Source of the DNA: Eledone cirrhosa
Lineage: Eukaryota
DNA length: 64,000 nt
Assembly (NCBI GenBank): GCA_964016885.1
Contig: OZ024741.1
Location: 323,516,001-323,580,000, forward strand
Direction: 5' to 3'
The notes beneath the pieces are model-generated. The model did no database searches, was not told where the DNA came from, and saw only the letters and a list, made by a program, of their open reading frames with translations. Positions 33,301 to 45,300 of this stretch are shown piece after piece. The translations under genes and the position numbers were made by a program. The number at the start of each line of letters is the position of its first letter. Position 1 is the stretch's first letter.

Positions 33301-36300
33301 GTTGGTGTTGTGGGTGGTTGTGTGGTTGGTGTTGTGGTGGTTATGTGGTTGGTATTGTGGTGGTTATGTGGTTGGTGTTGTGGTGGTTGTGTGGTTGGTG
33401 TTGTGGTGGTTATGTGGTTGGTGTTGTGGGTGGTTGTGTGGTTGGTGTTGTGGTGGTTATGTGGTTGGTGTTGTGGGTGGTTGTGTGGTTGGTGTTATGT
33501 TGGTTGTGTGGTTGGTGTTGTGGTGGTTATGTGGTTGGTGTTGTGTTGGTTGTGTGGTTGGTATTGTGTTGGTTGTGTGGTTGGTGTTGTGGTGGTTATG
33601 TGGTTGGTGTTGTGTTGGTTGTGTGGTTGGTGTTGTATTGGTTGTGAGGTTGTGCGGTTGGTGTTGTGGGTGGTTATGTGGTTGGTGTTGTGGTGGTTAT
33701 GTGGTTGGTGTTGTGGGTGGTTGTGTGGTTGTTGTTGTGTTGGTTGTGTGGTTGGTGTTGTGGGTGGTTGTGTGGTTGGTGTTGTGGTGGTTGTGTGGTT
33801 GGTATTGTGGTGGTTATGTGGTTGGTGTTGTGGAGGTTATGTAGTTGGTGTTGTGGTGGTTGTGTGGTTGGTGTTGTTGTGGTTATGTGGTTGGTGTTGT
33901 GTTGGTTGTGTGGTTGGTGTTGTGATGGTTGTGTGGTTGGTGTTGTGGTGGTCATGTGGTTGGTGTTGTGTTGGTTGTGTGGTTTGTGTTGTATTGGTTG
34001 TGAGGTTGTGTGGTTGGTGTTGTGGGTGGTTATGTGGTTGGTGTTGTGGTGGTTATGTGGTTGGTGTTGTGGGTGGTTGTGTGGTTGGTGTTGTGGTGGT
34101 TATGTGGTTGGTGTTGTGGGTGGTTGTGTTGTTGATGTTGTGTTGCTTGTGTGGTTGGTGTTGTGTTGGTTGTGTGGTTGGTGTTGTGGTGTTTATGTGG
34201 TTGGTGTTGTGGGTGGTTGTGTGGTTGGTGTTATGTTGGTTGTGTCATTGGTGTTGTAGGTGTTTGTGTGGTTAGTGTTGTGTTGGTTATGTGGTTGGTG
34301 TTGTGGTGGTTATGTGGTTGGAGTTGTGGTGGTTAAATGGTAGGTGTTGTTGTGGTTATGTGTTTGGTGTTGTGGTGGTTATGTGGTTGGTGTTGTGTTG
34401 GTTGTGTGGTTGGTGTTGTGGTGGTTATGTGGTTCGTGTTGTGTTGGCTGTGTGGTTGGTGTTGTGGTGATTATGTGGTTGGTGTTGTGTTGGTTGCGTG
34501 GTTGGTGTTGTATTGGTTGTGTGGTTGTGTGGTTGGTGTTGTGGGTGGTTATGTGGTTGGTGTTGTGGTGGTTATGTGGTTGGTGTTGTGGGTGGTTTTG
34601 TGGATGTTGTTGTGTTGGTTGTGTGGTTGGTGTTGTGGGTAGTTGTGTGGTTGTTGTTGTGGTGGTTATTTGGTTGGTATTGTGGTGGTTATGTGGTTGG
34701 TGTTGTGGTGGTTATGTGGTTGGTGTTGTGGTGGTTGTGTGGTTGGTGTTTTTGTGGTTATGTGGTTGGTGTTGTGTTGGTTGTGTTGTTGCTGTTGTGT
34801 TGGTTGTGTGGCTGGTGTTGTGGTGGTTATGTGGTTGGTGTTGTGGGTGGTTGTGTGGTTTGTGTTGTGGTTGTTATGTGGTTGGTGTTTGTGGGTGGTT
34901 GTGTGGTTGGTGTTGTGGTGGTTATGTGGTTGGTGTTGTGGGTGGTTGGTGTTGTGTTGGTTGTGTGGTTGGTGTTGTGTTGATTGTGTGGTTGGTGTTA
35001 TGGTGGTTATGTGGTTGGTGCTGTGGGTGGTTGTGTGGTTGGTGTTGTGGGTGGTTGTGTGGTCGGTATTATGTTGGTTGTGTGGTTGGTGTTGTGGTGG
35101 TTGTGTGGTTGGTGTTGTGTTGGTTGTGTGGTTAGTGTTGTGGGTGGTTGTGTCGTTGGTGTTGTGGTGGTTGTGTGGTTGGTGTTGTATTGGTTGTGTG
35201 GTTGGTGTTGTGGTGGCTGTGTGCTTGGTGTTGTGGGTGGTTGTGTGGTTGGTGTTGTGGGTGGTTGTGTGGTGTGTGTTGTGTTGGTTGTGTGGTTGGT
35301 GTTGTGGTGGTTATGTGGTTGTAGTTGTGTGTGGTTGTGTCGTTGGTTTTGTGGTGATCGTGTGGTTGGTGTTGTGGGTGGTTGTGTGGTTGGTGTTGTG
35401 GTGGTTATGTGGTTGGTGTTGTGTTGGTTGTGTGGTTGGTGTTGTATTGGTTGTGAGGTTGTGTGGTTGGTGTTGTGGGTGGCTTTGTGGTTGGTGTTGT
35501 GGGTAGTTGTGTGGTTGTTGTTGTGTTGGTTGTGTGGTTGGTGTTGTGGGTGGTTGTGTGGTTGGTGTTGTGGTGGTTATGTGGTTGGTATTGTGGTGGT
35601 TATGTGGTTGGTGTTGTGGTGGTTATGTGGTTGGTGTTGTGGTGGTTATGTGGTTGGTGTTGTGGTGGTTGTGTGGTTGGTGTTCTGGTGTTATGTGGTT
35701 GGTGTTGTGGGTGGTTGTGTGGTTGGTGTTGTGGTGGTTATGTGGTTGGTGTTGTGGGTGGTTGTGTGGTTGGTGTTATGTTGGTTGTGTGGTTGGTGTT
35801 GTGGTGGTTATGTGGTTGGTGTTGTGTTGGTTGTGTGGTTGGTGTTGTGTTGGTTGTGTGGTTGGTGTTGTGGTGGTTATGTGGTTGGTGTTGTGGGTGA
35901 TTGTGAGGTTGTGTGGTTGGTGTTGTGGTGGTTATGTGGTTGGTGTTGTGGGTGGTTGTGTGGTTGTTGTTGTGTTTGTTGTGTGGTTGGTGTTGTGGGT
36001 GGTTGTGTGGTTGGTGTTGTGGTGGTTGTGTGGTTGGTATTGTGGTGGTTATGTGGTTGGTGTTGTGGAGGTTATGTAGTTGGTGTTGTGGTGGTTGTGT
36101 GGTTGGTGTTGTTGTGGTTATGTGGTTGGTGTTGTGTTGGTTGTGTGGTTGGTGTTGTGTTGGTTGTGTGGTTGGTGTTGTGGTGGTTATGTGGTTGGTG
36201 TTTTGTGGGTGGTTGTGTGGTTGGTGTTGTGGTGGGCATGTGGTTGGTGTTGTGGGTGGTTGTGCTGTTGGTGTTGTGTTGGTTGTGCGGTTGGTGTTGT

Positions 36301-39300
36301 GTTGGTTGTGTGGTTGGTATTGTGGTGGATATGTGGTTGGTGTTGTGGGTGGTTGTGTGGTTGGTGTTATGTTGGTTGTGTGGTTGGTGTTGTAGGTGTT
36401 TGTGTGGTTAGTGTTGTGTTGGATATGTGGTTGGTGTTGTGGTGGTTATGTGGTTGGAGTTGTGGTGGTTATATGGTTTGTGTTGTTGTGGTTATGTGTT
36501 TGGTGTTGTGGTGGTTTTGTGGTTGGTGTTGTGGTGGTTATGTGGTTGGTGTTGTGGGTCGTTTTGTGGTTGTTGTTGTGTTGGTTGTGTGGTTGGTGTT
36601 GTGGGTAGTTGTGTGGTTGGTGTTGTGGTGGTTATGTGGTTGGTATTGTGGTGGTTATGTGGTTGGTGTTGTGGTGGTTATGTGGTTGGTGTTGTGGTGG
36701 TTGTGTGGTTGGTGTTTTTGTGGTTATGTGGTTGGTGTTGTGTTGGTTGTGTGGTTGGTGTTGTGTTGGTTGTGTGGCTGGTGTTGTGGTGGTTATGTGG
36801 TTGTAGTTGTGTGTGGTTGTGTCGTTGGTGTTGTGGTGATTGTGTGGTTGGTGTTGTGGGTGGTTGTGTGGTTGGTGTTGTGGTGGTTATGTGGTTGGTG
36901 TTGTGTTGGTTGTGTGGTTGGTGTTGTATTGGTTGTGAGGTTGTGTGGTTGGTGTTGTGGGTGGCTATGTGGTTGGTGTTGTGGGTAGTTGTGTGGTTGT
37001 TGTTGTGTTGGTTGTGTGGTTGGTGTTGTGGGTGGTTGTGTGGTTGGTGTTGTGGTGGTTGTGTGGTTGGTGTTGTGGTGGTTGTGTGGTTGGTATTGTG
37101 GTGGTTATGTGGTTGGTGTTGTGGAGGTTATGTAGTTGGTGTTGTGGTGGTTGTGTGGTTGGTGTTGTTGTGGTTATGTGGTTGGTGTTGTGTTGGTTGT
37201 GTGGTTGGTGTTGTGTTGGTTGTGTGGTTGGTGTTGTGGTGGTTATGTGGTTGGTGTTTTGTGGGTGGTTGTGTGGTTGGTGTTGTGGTGGGCATGTGGT
37301 TGGTGTTGTGGGTGGTTGTGCTGTTGGTGTTGTGTTGGTTGTGCGGTTGGTGTTGTGTTGGTTGTGTGGTTTGTGTTGTGGTGGATATGTGGTTGGTGTT
37401 GTGGGTGGTTGTGTGGTTGGTGTTATGTTGGTTGTGTGGTTGGTGTTGTAGGTGTTTGTGTGGTTAGTGTTGTGTTGGATATGTGGTTGGTGTTGTGGTG
37501 GTTATGTGGTTGGAGTTGTGGTGGTTATATGGTTTGTGTTGTTGTGGTTATGTGTTTGGTGTTGTGGTGGTTTTGTGGTTGGTGTTGTGGTGGTTATGTG
37601 GTTGGTGTTGTGGGTCGTTTTGTGGTTGTTGTTGTGTTGGTTGTGTGGTTGGTGTTGTGGGTAGTTGTGTGGTTGGTGTTGTGGTGGTTATGTGGTTGGT
37701 ATTGTGGTGGTTATGTGGTTGGTGTTGTGGTGGTTATGTGGTTGGTGTTGTGGTGGTTGTGTGGTTGGTGTTTTTGTGGTTATGTGGTTGGTGTTGTGTT
37801 GGTTGTGTGGTTGGTGTTGTGTTGGTTGTGTGGCTGGTGTTGTGGTGGTTATGTGGTTGTAGTTGTGTGTGGTTGTGTCGTTGGTGTTGTGGTGATTGTG
37901 TGGTTGGTGTTGTGGGTGGTTGTGTGGTTGGTGTTGTGGTGGTTATGTGGTTGGTGTTGTGTTGGTTGTGTGGTTGGTGTTGTATTGGTTGTGAGGTTGT
38001 GTGGTTGGTGTTGTGGGTGGCTATGTGGTTGGTGTTGTGGGTAGTTGTGTGGTTGTTGTTGTGTTGGTTGTGTGGTTGGTGTTGTGGGTGGTTGTGTGGT
38101 TGGTGTTGTGGTGGTTGTGTGGTTGGTGTTGTGTTGGTTGTGTGGTTGGTGTTGTGGTGGTTATGTGGTTGGTGTTGTGTTGGTTGTGTGGTTGGTGTTG
38201 TATTGGTTGTGAGGTTGTGTGGTTGGTGTTGTGGGTGGTTATGTGGTTGGTGTTGTGGTGGTTATGTGGTTGGTGTTGTGGGTGGTTGTGTGGTTGTTGT
38301 TGTGTTGGTTGTGTGGTTGGTGTTGTGGGTGGTTGTGTGGTTGGTGTTGTGGTGGTTGTGTGGTTGGTATTGTGGTGGTTATGTGGTTGGTGTTGTGGAG
38401 GTTATGTAGTTGGTGTTGTGGTGGTTGTGTAGTTGGTGTTGTTGTGGTTATGTGGTTGGTGTTGATGTTGGTTGTGTGGTTGGTGTTGTGTTGGTTGTGT
38501 GGTTGGTGTTGTGGTGGTCATGTGGTTGGTGTTGTGTTGGTTGTGTGGTTGGTGTTGTATTGGTTGTGAGGTTGTGTGGTTGGTGTTGTGGGTGGTTATG
38601 TGGTTGGTGTTGTGGTGGTTATGTGGTTGGTGTTGTGGTGGTTATGTGGTTGGTGTTGTGGGTGGTTGTGTTGTTGATGTTATGTTGGTTGTGTCATTGG
38701 TGTTGTAGGTGTTTGTGTGGTTAGTGTTGTGTTGGTTATGTGGTTGGTGTTGTGGTGGTTATGTGGTTGGAGTTGTGGTGGTTATATGGTTGGTGTTGTG
38801 GTGGTTGTGTGGTTGGTGTTGTGTTGGTTGTGTGGTTGGTGTTGTGTTGGTTGTGTGGTTGGTGTTGTGTTGGTTGTGTGGTTGGTGTTGTGGTGGTTAT
38901 GTGGTTGGTGTTGTGGGTGGTTGTGAGGTTGTGTGGTTGGTGTTGTGGTGGTTATGTGGTTGGTGTTGTGGGTGGTTGTGTGGTTGTTGTTGTGTTTGTT
39001 GTGTGGTTGGTGTTGTGGGTGGTTGTGTGGTTGGTGTTGTGGTGGTTGTGTGGTTGGTATTGTGGTGGTTATGTGGTTGGTGTTGTGGAGGTTATGTAGT
39101 TGGTGTTGTGGTGGTTGTGTGGTTGGTGCTGTTGTGGTTATGTGGTTGGTGTTGTGTTGGTTGTGTGGTTGGTGTTGTGTTGGTTGTGTAGTTGGTGTTG
39201 TGGTGGTTATGTGGTTGGTGTTTTGTGGGTGGTTGTGTGGTTGGTGTTGTGGTGGTCATGTGGTTGGTGTTGTGGGTGGTTGTGTTGTTGGTGTTGTGTT

Positions 39301-42300
39301 GGTTGTGCGGTTGGTGTTGTGTTGGTTGTGTGGTTGGTGTTGTGGTGGATATGTGGTTGGTGTTGTGGGTGGTTGTGTGGTTGGTGTTATGTTGGTTGTG
39401 TGGTTGGTGTTGTAGGTGTTTGTGTGGTTAGTGTTGTGTTGGTTATGTGGTTGGTGTTGTGGTGGTTATGTGGTTGGAGTTGTGGTGGTTATATGGTTGG
39501 TGTTGTGGTGGTTGTGTGGTTGGTGTTTTTGTGGTTATGTGGTTGCTGTTGTGTTGGTTGTGTGGCTGGTGTTGTGGTGGTTATGTGGTTGGTGTTGTGG
39601 GTGGTTGGTGTTGTGTTGGTTGTGTGGTTGGTGTTGTGTTGATTGTGTGGTTGGTGTTATGGTGGTTATGTGGTTGGTGTTGTGGGTGGTTGTGTGGTTG
39701 GTGTTGTGGGTGGTTGTGTGGTCGGTATTGTGTTGGTTGTGTGGTTGGTGTTGTGGTGGTTGTGTGGTTAGTGTTGTGGGTGGTTGTGTCGTTGGTGTTG
39801 TGGTGGTTGTGTGGTTGGTGTTGTATTGGTTGTGTGGTTGGTGTTGTGGTGGCTGTGTGCTTGGTGTTGTGGGTGGTTGTGTGGTTGCTGTTGTGGGTGG
39901 TTGTGTGGTGTGTGTTGTGTTAGTTGTGTGGTTGGTGTTGTGGTGGTTATGTGGTTGTAGTTGTGTGTGGTTGTGTCGTTGGTGTTGTGGTGATTGTGTG
40001 GTTGGTGTTGTGGGTGGTTGTGTGGTTGCTGTTGTGGTGGTTATGTGGTTGGTGTTGTGTTGGTTGTGTGGTTGGTGTTGTATTGGTTGTGAGGTTGTGT
40101 GGTTGTTGTTGTGTTGGTTGTGTGGTTGGTGTTGTGGGTGGTTGTGTGGTTGGTGTTGTGGTGGTTATGTGGTTGGTATTGTGGTGGTTATGTGGTTGGT
40201 GTTGTGGTGGTTATGTGGTTGGTGTCGTGGTGGTTGTGTGGTTGGTGTTTTGGTGGTTATGTGCTTGGTGTTGTGGGTGGTTGTGTGGTTGGTGTTGTGG
40301 TGGTTATGTGGTTGGTGTTGTGGGTGGTTGTGTGGTTGGTGTTATGTTGGTTGTGTGGTTGGTGTTGTGGTGGTTATGTGGTTGGTGTTGTGTTGGTTGT
40401 GTGGTTGGTGTTGTGTTGGTTGTGTGGATGGTGTTGTGGTGGTTATGTGGTTGGTATTGTGTTGGTTGTGTGGTTGGTGTTGTATTGGTTGTGAGGTTGT
40501 GTGGTTGGTGTTGTGGGTGTTTGTGTGGTTGGTGTTGTGGTGGATATGTGGTTGGTGTTGTGGGTGGTTGTGTGGTTGGTGTTGTGGTGGTCATGTGGTT
40601 GGTGTTGTGGGTGGTTGTGTGCATGGTGTTGTGGGTGGTTATGTTGTTGGTATTGTAGGTGTTTGCGGGGTTGTTGTGTTGGTTGTGTGGTTGGTGTTGT
40701 GGGTGGTTGTGTGGTTGGTGTTGTGGGTGGTTGTGTGGTTGGTGTTTTGGTGGTTATGTGGTTGGTGCTGTGGTGGTTATGTGCTTGGTGTTGTGGTGGT
40801 ATGTGCTTGGTGTTGTGGTTGTTGTGTGGTTGGTGGAGTTGTGGTTGTGTGGTTGGTGTTGTGGTGGTTATGTGGTTGGTGTTGTGGTGGATATGTGGTT
40901 GGTGTTGTGGGTGGTTGTGTGGTTGGTGTTATGTTGGTTGTGTGGTTGGTGTTGTAGGTGTTTGTGTGGTTAGTGTTGTGTTGGTTATGTGGTTGGTGTT
41001 GTGGTGGTTATGTGGTTGGAGTTGTGGTGGTTATATGGTTTGTGTTGTTGTGGTTATGTGTTTGGTGTTGTGGTGTTTATGTGGTTGGTGTTGTGTTGGT
41101 TGTGTGGTTGGTGTTGTGGTGGTTATGCGGTTGGTGTTGTGGGTGGTTTTGTGGTTGTTGTTGTGTTGGTTTTGTGGTTGGTGTCGTGGGTAGTTGTGTG
41201 GTTGGTGTTGTGGTGGTTATGTGGTTGGTATTGTGGTGGTTATGTGGTTGGTGTTGTGGTGGTTATGTGGTTGGTGTTGTGGTGGTTATGTGGTTGGTGT
41301 TGTGGTGGTTATGTGGTTGGTGTTGTGGGTGGTTGTGTGGTTGTTGTTGTGTTGGTTGTGTGGTTGGTGTTGTGGGTGGTTGTGTGGTTGGTGTTGTGGT
41401 GGTTGTGTGGTTGGTATTGTGGTGGTTATGTGGTTGGTGTTGTGGAGGTTATGTAGTTGGTGTTGTGGTGGTTGTGTGGTTGGTGTTGTTGTGGTTATGT
41501 GGTTGGTGTTGTGTTGGTTGTGTGGTTGGTGTTGTGTTGGTTGTGTGGTTGGTGTTGTGGTGGTTATGTGGTTGCTGTTGTGGGTGGTTGTGTGGTTGGT
41601 GTTGTGGTGGTCATGTGGTTGGTGTTGTTGGTGGTTGTGTTGTTGGTGTTGTGTTGGTTTTGCGGTTGGTGTTGTGTTGGTTGTGTGGTTGGTGTTGTGG
41701 TGGATATGTGGTTGGTGTTGTGGGTGGTTGTGTGGTTGGTGTTATGTTGGTTGTGTGGTTGGTGTTGTAGGTGTTTGTGTGGTTAGTGTTGTGTTGGTTA
41801 TGTGGTTGGTGTTGTGGTGGTTATGTGGTTGGAGTTGTGGTGGTTATATGGTTTGTGTTATTGTGGTTATGTGTTTGGTGTTGTGGTGGTTTTGTGGTTG
41901 GTGTTGTGTTGGTTGTGTGGTTGGTGTTGTGGTGGTTATGTGGTTGGTGTTGTGGGTGGTTTTGTGGTTGTTGTTGTGTTGGTTGTGTGGTTGGTGTTGT
42001 GGGTAGTTGTGTGGTTGGTGTTGTGGTGGTTATGTGGTTGGTATTGTGGTGGTTATGTGGTTGGTGTTGTGGTGGTTATGTGGTTGGTGTTGTGGTGGTT
42101 GTGTGGTTGGTGTTTTTGTGGTTATGTGGTTGGTGTTGTGTTGGTTGTGTGGTTGGTGTTGTGTTGGTTGTGTGGCTGGTGTTGTGGTGGTTATGTGGTT
42201 GTAGTTGTGTGTGGTTGTGTCGTTGGTGTTGTGGTGATTGTGTGGTTGGTGTTGTGGGTGGTTGTGTGGTTGGTGTTGTGGTGGTTATGTGGTTGGTGTT

Positions 42301-45300
42301 GTGTTGGTTGTGTGGTTGGTGTTGTATTGGTTGTGAGGTTGTGTGGTTGGTGTTGTGGGTGGCTATGTGGTTGGTGTTGTGGGTAGTTGTGTGGTTGTTG
42401 TTGTGTTGGTTGTGTGGTTGGTGTTGTGGGTGGTTGTGTGGTTGGTGTTGTGGTGGTTATGTGGTTGGTATTGTGGTGGTTATGTGGTTGGTGTTGTGGT
42501 GGTTATGTGGTTGGTGTTGTGGTGCTTGTGTGGTTGGTGTTGTGGTGGTTATGTGGTTGGTGTTGTGGGTGGTTGTGTGGTTGGTGTTGTGGTGGTTATG
42601 TGGTTGGTGTTGTGGGTGGTTGTGTGGTTGGTGTTATGTTGGTTGTGTGGTTGGTGTTGTGGTGGTTATGTGGTTGGGGTTGTGTTGGTTGTGTGGTTGG
42701 TGTTGTGTTGGTTGTGTGGTTGGTGTTGTGGTGGTTATGTGGTTGGTGTTGTGTTGGTTGTGTGGTTGGTGTTGTATTGGTTGTGAGGTTGTGTGGTTGG
42801 TGTTGTGGGTGGTTATGTGGTTGGTGTTGTGGTGGTTATGTGGTTGGTGTTGTGGGTGGTTGTGTGGTTGTTGTTGTGTTGGTTGTGTGGTTGGTGTTGT
42901 GGGTGGTTGTGTGGTTGGTGTTGTGATGGTTGTGTGGTTGGTATTGTGGTGGTTATGTGGTTGGTGTTGTGGAGGTTATGTAGTTGGTGTTGTGGTGGTT
43001 GTGTGGTTGGTGTTGTTGTGGTTATGTGGTTGGTGTTGTGTTGGTTGTGTGGTTGGTGTTGTGGTGGATATGTGGTTGGTGTTGTGGGTGGTTGTGTGGT
43101 TGGTGTTATGTTGGTTGTGTGGTTGGTGTTGTAGGTGTTTGTGTGGTTAGTGTTGTGTTGGTTATGTGGTTGGTGTTGTGGTGGTTATGTGGTTGGAGTT
43201 GTGGTGGTTATATGGTTTGTGTTATTGTGGTTATGTGTTTGGTGTTGTGGTGGTTTTGTGGTTGGTGTTGTGTTGGTTGTGTGGTTGGTATTGTGGTGGT
43301 TATGTGGTTGGTGTTGTGGGTGGTTTTGTGGTTGTTGTTGTGTTGGTTGTGTGGTTGGTGTTGTGGGTAGTTGTGTGGTTGGTGTTGTGGTGGTTATGTG
43401 GTTGGTATTGTGGTGGTTATGTGGTTGGTGTTGTGGTGGTTATGTGGTTGGTGTTGTGGTGGTTGTGTGGTTGGTGTTTTTGTGGTTATGTGGTTGGTGT
43501 TGTGTTGGTTGTGTGGTTGGTGTTGTGTTGGTTGTGTGGCTGGTGTTGTGGTGGTTATGTGGTTGTAGTTGTGTGTGGTTGTGTCGTTGGTGTTGTGGTG
43601 ATTGTGTGGTTGGTGTTGTGGGTGGTTGTGTGGTTGGTGTTGTGGTGGTTATGTGGTTGGTGTTGTGTTGGTTGTGTGGTTGGTGTTGTATTGGTTGTGA
43701 GGTTGTGTGGTTGGTGTTGTGGGTGGCTATGTGGTTGGTGTTGTGGGTAGTTGTGTGGTTGTTGTTGTGTTGGTTGTGTGGTTGGTGTTGTGGGTGGTTG
43801 TGTGGTTGGTGTTGTGGTGGTTATGTGGTTGGTATTGTGGTGGTTATGTGGTTGGTGTTGTGGTGGTTATGTGGTTGGTGTTGTGGTGGTTGTGTGGTTG
43901 GTGTTGTGGTGGTTATGTGGTTGGTGTTGTGGGTGGTTGTGTGGTTGGTGTTGTGGTGGTTATGTGGTTGGTGTTGTGTTGGTTGTGTGGTTGGTGTTGT
44001 ATTGGTTGTGAGGTTGTGTGGTTGGTGTTGTGGGTGGCTATGTGGTTGGTGTTGTGGGTAGTTGTGTGGTTGTTGTTGTGTTGGTTGTGTGGTTGGTGTT
44101 GTGGGTGGTTGTGTGGTTGGTGTTGTGGTGGTTATGTGGTTGGTATTGTGGTGGTTATGTGGTTGGTGTTGTGGTGGTTATGTGGTTGGTGTTGTGGTGG
44201 TTGTGTGGTTGGTGTTGTGGTGGTTATGTGGTTTGTGTTGTTGTGGTTATGTGTTTGGTGTTGTGGTGTTTATGTGGTTGGTGTTGTGTTGGTTGTGTGG
44301 TTGGTGTTGTGGTGGTTATGCGGTTGGTGTTGTGGGTGGTTTTGTGGTTGTTGTTGTGTTGGTTTTGTGGTTGGTGTCGTGGGTAGTTGTGTGGTTGGTG
44401 TTGTGGTGGTTATGTGGTTGGTATTGTGGTGGTTATGTGGTTGGTGTTGTGGTGGTTATGTGGTTGGTGTTGTGGTGGTTATGTGGTTGGTGTTGTGGTG
44501 GTTATGTGGTTGGTGTTGTGGGTGGTTGTGTGGTTGTTGTTGTGTTGGTTGTGTGGTTGGTGTTGTGGGTGGTTGTGTGGTTGGTGTTGTGGTGGTTGTG
44601 TGGTTGGTATTGTGGTGGTTATGTGGTTGGTGTTGTGGAGGTTATGTAGTTGGTGTTGTGGTGGTTGTGTGGTTGGTGTTGTTGTGGTTATGTGGTTGGT
44701 GTTGTGTTGGTTGTGTGGTTGGTGTTGTGTTGGTTGTGTGGTTGGTGTTGTGGTGGTTATGTGGTTGCTGTTGTGGGTGGTTGTGTGGTTGGTGTTGTGG
44801 TGGTCATGTGGTTGGTGTTGTTGGTGGTTGTGTTGTTGGTGTTGTGTTGGTTTTGCGGTTGGTGTTGTGTTGGTTGTGTGGTTGGTGTTGTGGTGGATAT
44901 GTGGTTGGTGTTGTGGGTGGTTGTGTGGTTGGTGTTATGTTGGTTGTGTGGTTGGTGTTGTAGGTGTTTGTGTGGTTAGTGTTGTGTTGGTTATGTGGTT
45001 GGTGTTGTGGTGGTTATGTGGTTGGAGTTGTGGTGGTTATATGGTTTGTGTTATTGTGGTTATGTGTTTGGTGTTGTGGTGGTTTTGTGGTTGGTGTTGT
45101 GTTGGTTGTGTGGTTGGTGTTGTGGTGGTTATGTGGTTGGTGTTGTGGGTGGTTTTGTGGTTGTTGTTGTGTTGGTTGTGTGGTTGGTGTTGTGGGTAGT
45201 TGTGTGGTTGGTGTTGTGGTGGTTATGTGGTTGGTATTGTGGTGGTTATGTGGTTGGTGTTGTGGTGGTTATGTGGTTGGTGTTGTGGTGGTTGTGTGGT